DNA of 64,000 nt from an uncultured Candidatus Saccharibacteria bacterium (GTDB lineage Bacteria; Patescibacteriota; Minisyncoccia; Minisyncoccales; UBA10102): contig CAYZNF010000002.1 in assembly GCA_964479725.1 (NCBI GenBank), positions 1,383 to 65,382 on the forward strand, in the 5' to 3' direction. The position numbers and the translations under genes were made by a program. Numbering within the stretch: position 1 is the first letter of the stretch; every line of letters begins with the position of its first letter. Under the pieces are notes generated by a model that saw only the letters and a list, made by a program, of their open reading frames with translations, had not been told where the DNA came from and did no database searches. This document shows positions 47,325 to 55,928 of the stretch, in pieces.

Positions 47325-48925
47325 GGGAGGCAATCGAAGCTTTGCCGAATGACGTTAGGAAATACTTAAAAAATGCTGCCATTATCGTGGAAGATAGGCC
47401 GAGTCGAGATCAGCTCGAAGAAATGCAAGACGACCCCGAAAACACGCTGCTTGGCCTTTACCAGGGGGTACCCGAAACAGAATGGGGGAAAGGCTTTGGG
47501 AATGTGCTCCCGGACAAAATAAGCTTGTTTCAGGAAAATATCGAGCAAATTGCCGATACTCAAGAGAAAATAAAAAACGAAATACGCCTTACGGTTTGGC
47601 ACGAAATTGCGCACTATTTCGGTTTTGACGACAAGGAAATCGAGGATTTAGAGAAAAAGATACGCATTGTTATACTCGGCGGGGGTTTCGCGGGATTAAA
47701 CGCGGTCCTCGAGCTTCTACGCAAATCAAAAAATCTGCCGCATTTTTCAATAACGCTTGTCAACGAAGGGGATAGTTTTGTTTTTGTGCCTTTGCTTCAC
47801 GAAGTGGCAACGGGTACGCTTTCGCCCTTTGACGTTATTCAGCCAATTCGCCACATTCTTCCGCGAGAGAAAATTAAATTTTTTGAAGGAAAAGCAATAA
47901 AAATAGACTTTGAAAACCAGACAGTTATTGTGCGACGATGCCATGAAATTGAGAAGGGCAAACAAGAAATTACTTTAAATTATGATTATCTCATTTCGGC
48001 CCTTGGCTCCGAAACAAATTACTTTGATATTCCTGGCGCTAAAGAATTCGCCCAGCCGTTAAAAACCATTGAAGACGCAAAAAGGCTGCGCGCAACAATT
48101 ATACATGCTTTTGAAAAAGCTGAATTTGCGAACGTTGCGGAGCAGAAAAAACTCTTGAATTTTGCCATAATCGGCGGCGGCGCTACGGGGGTTGAGGTTG
48201 CGGGAGAACTCGTTGACTATACATCAACAGAATTGAGACAGACCTTTCCGCGCTTGTCGGTAAAACCTAAAATAACTTTGGTGCAAGCTGAAAAAACTTT
48301 GCTTTCGAAAGAAGAGCCATGGTTTCAGGCAAAAGCACGGAAGGTGCTGTGCAGGAAGGGGAATGTTGATGTTTTGTACAGCCAAAAAGTAATTGAAGTA
48401 ACCGCCAATGGAATAAAAACGCAGGACAGATTTATTGAAGCTAAAACCGTTATTTGGACCGCGGGAGTAAAAGCGGCGAGCATCATGATCGAAAGCGGCG
48501 CGTCGTTGGACATTGACGAGAAAAAGCGTATTCGAGTCAACGAATTCCTCCAGCTCCAAACCTATCCCGGCGTGTTTATTGTTGGCGATCAAGCTCATAT
48601 TGCCGATCTCGAAACACAACAGCCGTATCCTATGCGCGCCCAATTTGCCGCAAGAGAAGGAAAACTAGCCGCTCGAAATATTCTTTCGCTTCTTATGGGC
48701 AAGCCTCTGCGCCCTTTCAAATGGGGAGATAAAGGTTTTATTGTTTCCTTGGGAAAAGGCGGGGCGCTGGCACGGATACTCGGATTGCATTTTTCGGGCC
48801 CCCTTGCTTGGTTTATATATCGCACAGCTTACCTTTGTAATCTTATCGGCCTGCGGGCAAAATTGCGCACTGCGGTGCGCTGGGCAATTAATTTGGTTTT
48901 GCCTCGCGACATTGCCAAGCCTTAA
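47285..48925 (+). CDS. Fusion protein: N-terminal zincin-like metallopeptidase domain (HExxH, WHEIAHYFG) plus C-terminal type II NADH dehydrogenase-like FAD/NAD oxidoreductase
   Basis: Residues 1-125 resemble the small metallopeptidase family (Zincin_1, from memory); from IRIVILGGGFAGLNAV onward there are two Rossmann GxGxxG motifs (second one IIGGGATGVEVAGEL) typical of NDH-2. Confidence 0.65.
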   Translation: MAQYSKEQFEAMVGEAIEALPNDVRKYLKNAAIIVEDRPSRDQLEEMQDDPENTLLGLYQGVPETEWGKGFGNVLPDKISLFQENIEQIADTQEKIKNEIRLTVWHEIAHYFGFDDKEIEDLEKKIRIVILGGGFAGLNAVLELLRKSKNLPHFSITLVNEGDSFVFVPLLHEVATGTLSPFDVIQPIRHILPREKIKFFEGKAIKIDFENQTVIVRRCHEIEKGKQEITLNYDYLISALGSETNYFDIPGAKEFAQPLKTIEDAKRLRATIIHAFEKAEFANVAEQKKLLNFAIIGGGATGVEVAGELVDYTSTELRQTFPRLSVKPKITLVQAEKTLLSKEEPWFQAKARKVLCRKGNVDVLYSQKVIEVTANGIKTQDRFIEAKTVIWTAGVKAASIMIESGASLDIDEKKRIRVNEFLQLQTYPGVFIVGDQAHIADLETQQPYPMRAQFAAREGKLAARNILSLLMGKPLRPFKWGDKGFIVSLGKGGALARILGLHFSGPLAWFIYRTAYLCNLIGLRAKLRTAVRWAINLVLPRDIAKP

Positions 48926-48947
48926 AATCGTCTCATAGTGTATTCTT

Positions 48948-49433
48948 ATGGCAAAATTCCTTTCGAAAAGAAAAATAATTTTGCTTGTTATACTGGTTCT
49001 TGCCGCGTTGTTGGGGTGGATTGAAACCACAAACCAAGCTCCTCTTTTTCAGCCGCAACAGGAAGAAACCCTGCGAAATCATACAAGGCTTGTAATTGAC
49101 GGCGACACGCTGGAGCTTGCGACAAAAGAACGTGTGCGCCTTATCGGCATTGATACGCCAGAGAAAGGAGAAATGTTTTATGAAGAAGCAAAAGCTAAGC
49201 TCAAGGAACTCATCGAAAGCAAAGAAGTGCGTTTGGAAAAAGATGTTTCAGAAAAAGACAGGTATGGAAGATTGCTTAGATATGTGTATGTCGAAGATAC
49301 CTTCGTAAATCTTGAAATGGTGCGGCAAGGCTACGCCAAAGTTTCCACATATTCGCCGGATGTTCGTCATGCTGAAGAATTTCGCGCCGCCGAGCGTGAA
49401 GCTCGTGAAAACAAACGCTGTTTGTGGAAGTAA
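48948..49433 (+). CDS. Membrane-anchored staphylococcal-nuclease-like (SNase/thermonuclease) protein
   Basis: N-terminal TM; LVIDGDTLEL...RVRLIGIDTPEKGE...YGRLLRYVYV...NLEMVRQGYAKV...RHAEEFRAAEREAREN, the SNc fold signature including catalytic R/E/R. Confidence 0.85.
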   Translation: MAKFLSKRKIILLVILVLAALLGWIETTNQAPLFQPQQEETLRNHTRLVIDGDTLELATKERVRLIGIDTPEKGEMFYEEAKAKLKELIESKEVRLEKDVSEKDRYGRLLRYVYVEDTFVNLEMVRQGYAKVSTYSPDVRHAEEFRAAEREARENKRCLWK

Positions 49434-49455
49434 GGTTTAACCTTACTTATTAAAT
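49430..49455. terminator. Hairpin GTAAGGTT-t-AACCTTAC followed by TTATTAAAT, after the nuclease gene
   Basis: Perfect inverted repeat spanning the stop codon; an A/T run on both sides makes it possibly bidirectional. Confidence 0.5.
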
Positions 49456-49465
49456 AAGCTCGCCC

Positions 49466-49782
49466 CCGGGATGGAGACGAGCTTTTGCAATGTGCTGGTC
49501 TGATGAGGTGCTAGGCAACAACGATGGCGACGGGGAGAATGACCCTTACCCCCTGATCCTGCCACGAGATTTCGGTAGGAATCGCGGCCGTAAGAACCGA
49601 GCAGTCCAAGGCGACACGTAGCACAGTCTTTCGTTCCGAACCCGTCTCCAGGGACAGCCCTGTGTGTACCACTCCTGGCAAACTGGCGATACGTGGCACA
49701 TAGGACTGCGCCTCTCGCCAGGTTGCCCATCTTGTCGCTGTTGCCACAGCCTCAACCATAAACTTCCCCCTCTGAACCGAAT
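49466..49782 (-). ncRNA. Putative structured non-coding RNA (class unresolved), minus strand, about 315 nt
   Basis: About 57% GC with all three minus-strand frames open (typical of structured RNA, not of coding sequence). Consensus promoter immediately upstream on the minus strand. Long-range pairing GUGGCAACAGCGAC with GUCGC..UGUUGCC and a terminal hairpin AAGCUCG...CGAGCUU with a U-rich tail. Contains GAUCAGGGGGUAAGGGU and a CCCGG...GCUUAU motif weakly reminiscent of RNase P RNA. Confidence 0.45.
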
Positions 49783-49788
49783 GCAATC

Positions 49789-49817
49789 ATTATATTTTGT
49801 TCCCAACCCCGCGTCAA
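49789..49817 (-). promoter_or_regulatory. Minus-strand promoter TTGACG-17-TATAAT
   Basis: Reverse complement of 49812-49817 is TTGACG; reverse complement of 49789-49794 is TATAAT; exact 17-nt spacer. Confidence 0.55.
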
Positions 49818-49842
49818 TTCTCAATAGGGTGGGTATCTTTTA

Positions 49843-49871
49843 TTGACGAGCTGCGTTGAGTGTTTTATTAT
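49843..49871 (+). promoter_or_regulatory. Plus-strand promoter TTGACG-17-TATTAT for the large surface protein gene
   Basis: Hexamers read directly; places the transcription start downstream of the track ATG at 49860. Confidence 0.5.
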
Positions 49872-49907
49872 AAAATATCTTTTGCTTTATTCATTAATTT
49901 ATTTCTT

Positions 49908-52900
49908 GTGAAACATTTTCTCAATAAGAGGCATTTGGCGACAACTGTTGTTTTTATAATTTTCTTAATCAATGTTATCCTGCCTTCAGCCGCCGGCGCT
50001 TCGCCTTCTACTCCGCTGCGGATTCCCACGCCTACGCCTCAAGTCGAAAAAACGTCTCGGCTCCTGGAATTGCGCCGTGAACTTGAACAAGTTCCGAATT
50101 TTCTCCAATACACCGAATACAAAATGCTAAAGTATAAATCCGAAATCGGCGCAAGAGCTACGACAGAAAAATCAAAAACCTCTGCAGACGACTATTTGAT
50201 TCAGCCTCGGGGACTATCGCCCCTTTCTCTTGAGCTTACCGGAGGATTTAATACCGACTCATTCCTTTCTTTTAATTCTTTAGCAGGAACTTCAATTAGC
50301 ACGCTTACTGGCATGGCCGCCATAGATGAAAGCCTGCAATTGGGCTCAATCAATGCGGAGAGAGAAGATACCGCGGCAAGAGAAGAGCGTCAGCGCATAG
50401 ACTACGCTCTAAATAAATACTACTACGACAATAATTACGTTTATCCGCAAAGTCTAGACCAACTGATTCCTAAATACCTGCCAAATATCCCGAAAAACTT
50501 TACATATATAAAGAAAGGGTCATCCTTTGAATTGCGTTTTACACCCCCTCCGTCAACGGCCATGCCAATTTCCGCGGTTCAGCCTCTTACTATCAAATCC
50601 CATCCCTGGGAGACCATGACGGAAAGCAAACCGCGCATTCCAGAGATATTTTCCCTTGTTCCAAACGACTATTCTCTCGCATATTTCAGCAGTGCGGAAA
50701 AATTTGACGAATTTGAAAAAAAAAAAAAAAAAATGGCTAAGCCTTTGTCGAGAATATATGGGGTGGGCAATGCAATATCTTATCGAGAAAAGATATTTCA
50801 ACGTCTTGGCATTTCTCATATTCCCCGTTTGTCTGACGTATTTGACGAAGCGGCTTTTATATCACACGACATCGATATTTTTCCTAATACCGAGTACGCC
50901 CTTATTTTTAAGGTCAAATCAGAAATCAGCGATTTTCCCTCAAAATTTCTCACTGCTCCTTCCGGCACCCATGGAAAGGCGGGGGATTACTACATTGTAG
51001 CAAGCCACCCTGATTTATTTGACGAAATTTCCCGGATTTCCGGAACTTCCAAGTCCTTGGCAAACGCCAAGGATCTCGCCTATATCCTTTCTGTCATGGA
51101 AAAAGAATACGACGGATTTGTGTACCTTTCCGAAGCATTTATTCAGAAACTTACTAGTCCGGCTTATCGCATAAATTCAAAGCGCAGAAATATCATAGCA
51201 AAAGCTCTTGTGGATCTCCAATATGTTTCTATTGCCTACAGAGATATTACCGGAAAGTGGCCGCTCTCTTTTCAGCAGCTTGTCGATGAGCAGTACATTG
51301 CGCCCAAGACCATAGCCAGTATAGAGAATTATTCCATAGATGAAAACGGCATTGTGTCTCATAAAGACTGGGGCACTGTTTATAACATTACTCCCGTGCG
51401 ACAAGTACCTATCAAAGAAGTCTTTCCTGGCGAAAGATCGTCGTATGACGAATTTCGTGAACAGTATGAACAATATTGGCAGGAATTCATTGATCCTGTC
51501 GGTATTGCGATTCTCGTTGGCGACCATATACGCTTTCATACCGTCATACTGCCCCTAATCAACGAATCTCGCTACAATTGGCTTAAAAGTTTGGCCGGAG
51601 GGGAAAGCGCTGAATTTCAGTTCATAAAAAACCCGGACCGCATCCCATCTTTCCAAATCATCTCAAAATTCAATACCGACGACATTTTATACGCCTTATA
51701 CAAAACAGCCCCGCAGGAATTTGACGAAAACTATAAAAAATGCGCGAAGGATTATTATGAAATAAGGCCCTACCCAAGGGATCCGGTAAGTAAATTCTGC
51801 ACCATAGCGGAAAAACCACGCACGGAAGCGATTGTGCTAGTTAAGGATATGCTTGCCAAGCAACTCGAATGGAATGAACCCGAAGAGCTCTTTGATTTTA
51901 TCGGAAACGAAGCTACTATTGCCGTGGGTGATGCCATGGAATACAAAATTTCAGATTTCGCTAAATTTGATGCGTATTTTGGACTGGCCATAGACGATAC
52001 AGAAGGTGCAAAAAAATTTCTCGAACATGTTTTCCGATGGTACAACAAAGAAATGGGAGGAAACAGTCGTAACGATTACGACATGGGATTTTTCAGTTTC
52101 AGCGCCACAGAACCTCTTAAAAACTCATACAACGACGTAGATTTCTACGTGATTCCTCTTGGCTTTATAAATCTTTATTACACTTTCCTCCACGACAGGT
52201 TTTACCTCACTATTTCCCAAAACGCTCTCAATAAGATCATCGATCAAGGCGCAATAAAGCAGACGTGGAGCAGCTCTGTTGCGCGCCTTTTTGATTATAT
52301 CGGCACAAAGCAGAATGTCTTGGCGTTTGTTGACGGCACAGCTCTTAAACCGTGGATCCAAAATCTTATTAAGGAGCAATGGGCCTCTTTTACTCGCGGC
52401 GCTGATTTCAAGAAATATACGATGTACTATACCGAAGCCCTTGTGCTGGCAAAGGCATTGCCCAACTACAACGGAACAATCGAGAACACCCAAATCTACT
52501 ACCGCTACGCTCCGACAGAGTGGTTCGACGCAAAGCTCTACGCAGAAAATGGCATTCCTTATATCAGGGCAGGCGAAAAATCCTACAACATGCGCGAAGT
52601 TAATACTGCTTCGCGGTCTTACGATTATTATTACGACGAGCCCGCAAACTCCCTTAAAAAAGTGTCCCTTGGAACGATCACATCTGCGTTTGACATGAAC
52701 ACAGTACTAGCTGAATGGGAGTACTTCAAAGATTTTGGCGCAGGTCTTGCTTTTACCGAACACGGGCTGGATATACGCGTTGCCATTAACAATCCTGAAC
52801 GCACCTCGCTTGACGCCAGGGTACCCCAATCCGCAGATAAATTCTTCTTTAGCACGGGCTTGGGAAAACTCCTTATTGCCGCTAATGCGCTGATTGCTTT

Positions 52901-52988
52901 GGCGTTTATTGGCATTGTCGCGATTTTGTTTACGCGACGGAAAAAAATCTCAACCCAACCGTCTCAACCCATCAATCCCGTGCAATAA
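49908..52988 (+). CDS. Large secreted/surface protein (about 1026 aa) with N-terminal signal peptide, two pseudopilin (GspG)-like motifs and a C-terminal TM anchor
   Basis: GTG at 49908 gives MKHFLNKRHLATTVVFIIFLINVILPSAAGA|SPS (n-h-c signal peptide). Motifs IDYALNKYYYDNNYVYPQSLDQLIPKYL and AKALVDLQYVSIAYRDITGKWPLSFQQLVDEQYI resemble the T2SS-G/type IV pilin core. C-terminal LLIAANALIALAFIGIVAILFTRRKK. The ORF track start at 49860 overlaps the promoter -10. Confidence 0.7.
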   Translation: MKHFLNKRHLATTVVFIIFLINVILPSAAGASPSTPLRIPTPTPQVEKTSRLLELRRELEQVPNFLQYTEYKMLKYKSEIGARATTEKSKTSADDYLIQPRGLSPLSLELTGGFNTDSFLSFNSLAGTSISTLTGMAAIDESLQLGSINAEREDTAAREERQRIDYALNKYYYDNNYVYPQSLDQLIPKYLPNIPKNFTYIKKGSSFELRFTPPPSTAMPISAVQPLTIKSHPWETMTESKPRIPEIFSLVPNDYSLAYFSSAEKFDEFEKKKKKMAKPLSRIYGVGNAISYREKIFQRLGISHIPRLSDVFDEAAFISHDIDIFPNTEYALIFKVKSEISDFPSKFLTAPSGTHGKAGDYYIVASHPDLFDEISRISGTSKSLANAKDLAYILSVMEKEYDGFVYLSEAFIQKLTSPAYRINSKRRNIIAKALVDLQYVSIAYRDITGKWPLSFQQLVDEQYIAPKTIASIENYSIDENGIVSHKDWGTVYNITPVRQVPIKEVFPGERSSYDEFREQYEQYWQEFIDPVGIAILVGDHIRFHTVILPLINESRYNWLKSLAGGESAEFQFIKNPDRIPSFQIISKFNTDDILYALYKTAPQEFDENYKKCAKDYYEIRPYPRDPVSKFCTIAEKPRTEAIVLVKDMLAKQLEWNEPEELFDFIGNEATIAVGDAMEYKISDFAKFDAYFGLAIDDTEGAKKFLEHVFRWYNKEMGGNSRNDYDMGFFSFSATEPLKNSYNDVDFYVIPLGFINLYYTFLHDRFYLTISQNALNKIIDQGAIKQTWSSSVARLFDYIGTKQNVLAFVDGTALKPWIQNLIKEQWASFTRGADFKKYTMYYTEALVLAKALPNYNGTIENTQIYYRYAPTEWFDAKLYAENGIPYIRAGEKSYNMREVNTASRSYDYYYDEPANSLKKVSLGTITSAFDMNTVLAEWEYFKDFGAGLAFTEHGLDIRVAINNPERTSLDARVPQSADKFFFSTGLGKLLIAANALIALAFIGIVAILFTRRKKISTQPSQPINPVQ
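50716..50733 (+). repeat. Homopolymeric poly(A)18 tract inside the surface protein CDS (encodes KKKKKK in frame)
   Basis: 18 consecutive A at 50716-50733 read directly. Confidence 0.95.
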
Positions 52989-52999
52989 TGGGTTAGATT

Positions 53000-53596
53000 G
53001 TGGTACAATGCAATAATATGAGAACAAAAATTATTTTTGGCGCAATATTATTTTTTGGGGCTTCACTTGCTTTCCTCGGTCTTTGGGGAAGCGATTCTGT
53101 CCTTAACGGGCACAAAACAAAAACATACAGCAACCCCGAACTGGGATTTTCGCTTGAGTATCCCGTATCTTTAGGCATCACCGAATACATGGGCGGAAGC
53201 ATGCTCATAGGCAGGCAGGATACCGCTTCTGGCACGCAAGTCAGTGTAGCCATTTCCGGCCAGGAGCAAGCGCAACTAAGCTATGGAGAATTCATGGCCG
53301 CAAAAGCCATTGATCTTTGCTCGAAAAACCTTTCCGATAATCAAGCTTCATGCGCTGAAATTGTAAAACTCGAAACCGTAACTACTGCAAAAGGCATTTT
53401 AGGCGAAAAACTTTATATTAGAGAGACATCCCGAAATAGGGAAATAGGTCCATTTTTCGCCTTCAATATTTCACCTCTGTCGGGAAACGAAATGCGGACC
53501 CTTTTCCTGCATCCAAGCGCCAAAGCAGGCAAAAAAACTGATCCAAAAATCATTCACGCCGTTGCAGATACAGTCCAAATAAGGAATGTCAAATAA
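53000..53596 (+). CDS. Hypothetical secreted protein
   Basis: 198 aa; signal-peptide-like IIFGAILFFGASLAFLGLWGS; no motif recognised. Confidence 0.5.
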   Translation: MVQCNNMRTKIIFGAILFFGASLAFLGLWGSDSVLNGHKTKTYSNPELGFSLEYPVSLGITEYMGGSMLIGRQDTASGTQVSVAISGQEQAQLSYGEFMAAKAIDLCSKNLSDNQASCAEIVKLETVTTAKGILGEKLYIRETSRNREIGPFFAFNISPLSGNEMRTLFLHPSAKAGKKTDPKIIHAVADTVQIRNVK

Positions 53597-53607
53597 GGGC
53601 TATCAAT

Positions 53608-54231
53608 GTGCCTACTTTTGATTTTGTTGTAGAGGCGGTCCGGGAAATTTTCCTTGGCAATTGGTATTGGCTGCTCCCATTAAGCACTTTTCTTGAAGGC
53701 CTGGCTTTAGTGAGCTTTGCCGCGCCTGGCGTAATTACTGTTCTTTTGGGCGGCTATTATGCAGGAATAGGACAACTATCCATGTATATGGTTTTTATCC
53801 TAGCAATAACTGGAACTATTCTTGGCGATATTGCCAGTTATGCTATGGGAAAATCAATTTTAGGAAAGCGCTTTGAAAAATGGATGCCCCAAGATAAAAA
53901 GTCCCTAATATTGGCAAAAATAGAAAAACGAGCGGCGTGGTTTTTGCTTTTCTACCATTTTTCAGGATACGGCAGAGCTTTTGTTCCGATGATAGCTGGC
54001 GCTATGCGAATGCCCTTCAAGAAATGGCTGATATTTTCTGTTATAGGATCTTTTTCTTGGACCAGTTTCCTGGTTGTTTCGGGATATTTAAGCGGAAAAT
54101 ACGCCAGCGATCTATTTTCTCAATATAAGCTCTTTGATTGGCTTTTCCTTGCATTCTTTGTTTTTTGGACAGTAAGTTTAGCTGTATTTATTTGGAAGAT
54201 TAAGAACACCAAAAACAAGCTCAATAGTTAG
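53608..54231 (+). CDS. DedA/VTT family membrane protein (second copy)
   Basis: 207 aa; FAAPGVITVLLGGYYAG...DIASYAMGK typical DedA core. Confidence 0.75.
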   Translation: MPTFDFVVEAVREIFLGNWYWLLPLSTFLEGLALVSFAAPGVITVLLGGYYAGIGQLSMYMVFILAITGTILGDIASYAMGKSILGKRFEKWMPQDKKSLILAKIEKRAAWFLLFYHFSGYGRAFVPMIAGAMRMPFKKWLIFSVIGSFSWTSFLVVSGYLSGKYASDLFSQYKLFDWLFLAFFVFWTVSLAVFIWKIKNTKNKLNS

Positions 54232-54243
54232 TAATTTTATAGT

Positions 54244-55143
54244 ATGGCAAATATTGTCATTGAGACCCGGGAATTGACAAAGTATTACGGCAAAACCCGG
54301 GGTATCGAAGATTTTAATCTCACTATACAAAACGGAGAGATTTTTGGTTTCTTGGGTCCGAATGGAGCAGGCAAAACCACAACCATCCGCCTTCTGCTTG
54401 GGCTTATTAAGCCAACGAAAGGCACGGCTATGATTTTTGGCAAAGACATCCGCAAATCCTATGCCCAGATACTACAGCATATTGGATACCTGTCGGGAGA
54501 CATGATCTTGTACGAAAAAATGACGGGGAAAGAACTGCTCAATCTAGCTTCCGCCTTTTATAAACGCAAAGCTGATCCCCAAATCGCAAATGAAATCGAG
54601 CGGAGATTGGAATGCAATCTCAAAACACCCATCAAAAAACTGTCGAAAGGGAATAAGCAGAAAATTGCCATACTTCTCGCGCTTGCCCATAATCCCGATA
54701 TCGCTATTTTAGACGAACCGACAAATGGGTTGGACCCAATAGCACAGCACGAATTGTACGCAATTTTAACTGATTTTAAAAAGCAGGGGATGACCATTTT
54801 CTTTTCCTCGCACAACCTTATCGAGGTCGAAAAAGTGTGCGACCGGGTAGGTATTGTACGCCAGGGAAAACTCGTGGATATTGAAACAATCCAGACTCTC
54901 CAGCGCCAAAGGCAAAAATTGGTGGAAATTATCTTTGCCGATACCTACAACATTGAAAATTTCACAAAAATTCCCGGGGTTGCGGTAAAAAACGCGACTG
55001 AAATCACTCTCCAAATCCTTGCCAATCCTTCCACGCTCCAAGATATTGTAAGCGTGCTAGCAAGCTGCAAAGTAAAAGACATCACTATCACATATCCCGA
55101 CCTGGAACAGATTTTTTTGCAATATTACAAAGAAATTACATGA
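54244..55143 (+). CDS. ABC transporter ATP-binding protein
   Basis: Walker A GPNGAGKTT, signature LSKGNKQK, Walker B ILDEP. Confidence 0.9.
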   Translation: MANIVIETRELTKYYGKTRGIEDFNLTIQNGEIFGFLGPNGAGKTTTIRLLLGLIKPTKGTAMIFGKDIRKSYAQILQHIGYLSGDMILYEKMTGKELLNLASAFYKRKADPQIANEIERRLECNLKTPIKKLSKGNKQKIAILLALAHNPDIAILDEPTNGLDPIAQHELYAILTDFKKQGMTIFFSSHNLIEVEKVCDRVGIVRQGKLVDIETIQTLQRQRQKLVEIIFADTYNIENFTKIPGVAVKNATEITLQILANPSTLQDIVSVLASCKVKDITITYPDLEQIFLQYYKEIT

Positions 55144-55877
55144 TGTTTACTGCATTGCTCAAAAAAATTGTCAAAGAAGCCCAATGGACCATATTCTGGT
55201 ATGTTTTAATCCTGGCTGCCCATTCTTTCCTGGCCGCTATTATATATTCAAATTTCGACGATGCGTTTCCGGGCGGAATTGAAAATTTCCTTGCAGCCTC
55301 GTATTTTGATTTCAACTGGATGTTTATTATCATGATTCTTAGTTTTTTCTTGGGCCGCAGAGTGCTTGCCCACGAGATCGAAAAGGGAACCGCGGATTTT
55401 TTGTTTACGCTTCCCGCCACCCGAATGAGCATTCTTGCCGTAAAACTCGCTTCATTGTACTTGATTATCGTATTTGTCATTTCAACGAGCTTATTGACGC
55501 TCATAGCATCTTTTGCAGTTACGGGAAATTTTAGCATACTGCCTCCGAAAGGCCTTGCCCTGTTTTTCATCGCAGGTTCAGCGCTTGCTTTTTTCCTGTT
55601 TTCTTTTTCTTCATTTTTCTCAATGATTCTCTCCCGCTCCACTGCGGTACTGGGCATTTCAGGCGGATTTTTCTTGCTTTCTTCCACGCTCCAGATTTTT
55701 TCTACGATCAACGAAACGGTCGAAAATTTTTATTTCCTGTCGTTTTTCAAGTACTACGGCCCCACCCATGAAATTTTGCGGGGATTTTTGGATTTCTCAA
55801 ATATCTATATCCTTCTCGCCAGTTCGCTTCTGCTTTTAGGAGCAGGCATCCTTGCCGCGGAGAAGCGAGACCTCTAA
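55140..55877 (+). CDS. ABC-2 type transporter permease
   Basis: 245 aa, 6 hydrophobic segments, translationally coupled to the ATPase (ATGA overlap). Confidence 0.7.
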   Translation: MMFTALLKKIVKEAQWTIFWYVLILAAHSFLAAIIYSNFDDAFPGGIENFLAASYFDFNWMFIIMILSFFLGRRVLAHEIEKGTADFLFTLPATRMSILAVKLASLYLIIVFVISTSLLTLIASFAVTGNFSILPPKGLALFFIAGSALAFFLFSFSSFFSMILSRSTAVLGISGGFFLLSSTLQIFSTINETVENFYFLSFFKYYGPTHEILRGFLDFSNIYILLASSLLLLGAGILAAEKRDL

Positions 55878-55887
55878 GCAAAAATGG

Positions 55888-55916
55888 TTGAACTGGTATG
55901 TATTTTGCGCTATAAT
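55888..55916 (+). promoter_or_regulatory. Promoter TTGAAC-17-TATAAT upstream of pheS
   Basis: Hexamers at 55888-55893 and 55911-55916; RBS AGAGG at 55921-55925; ATG at 55929. Confidence 0.5.
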
Positions 55917-55928
55917 AAAAAGAGGAAT

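Noticed and set aside
49470-49800. Assigning the GC-rich region confidently to SRP RNA, tmRNA or RNase P RNA
   Set aside because: Only short motif matches were found (a GUAA tetraloop near AGCAG, GAUCAGG..GUAAGGGU). There is no tmRNA T-arm or tag frame, no clean SRP helix-8 symmetry, and no canonical RNase P P4 layout, so the class is left open.
49443-49824. Three overlapping minus-strand ORFs (95, 91, 92 aa) in the GC-rich region as protein-coding
   Set aside because: All three frames are open at once with no motifs or RBS, as expected for GC-rich structured RNA; a promoter and terminator delimit a non-coding unit.
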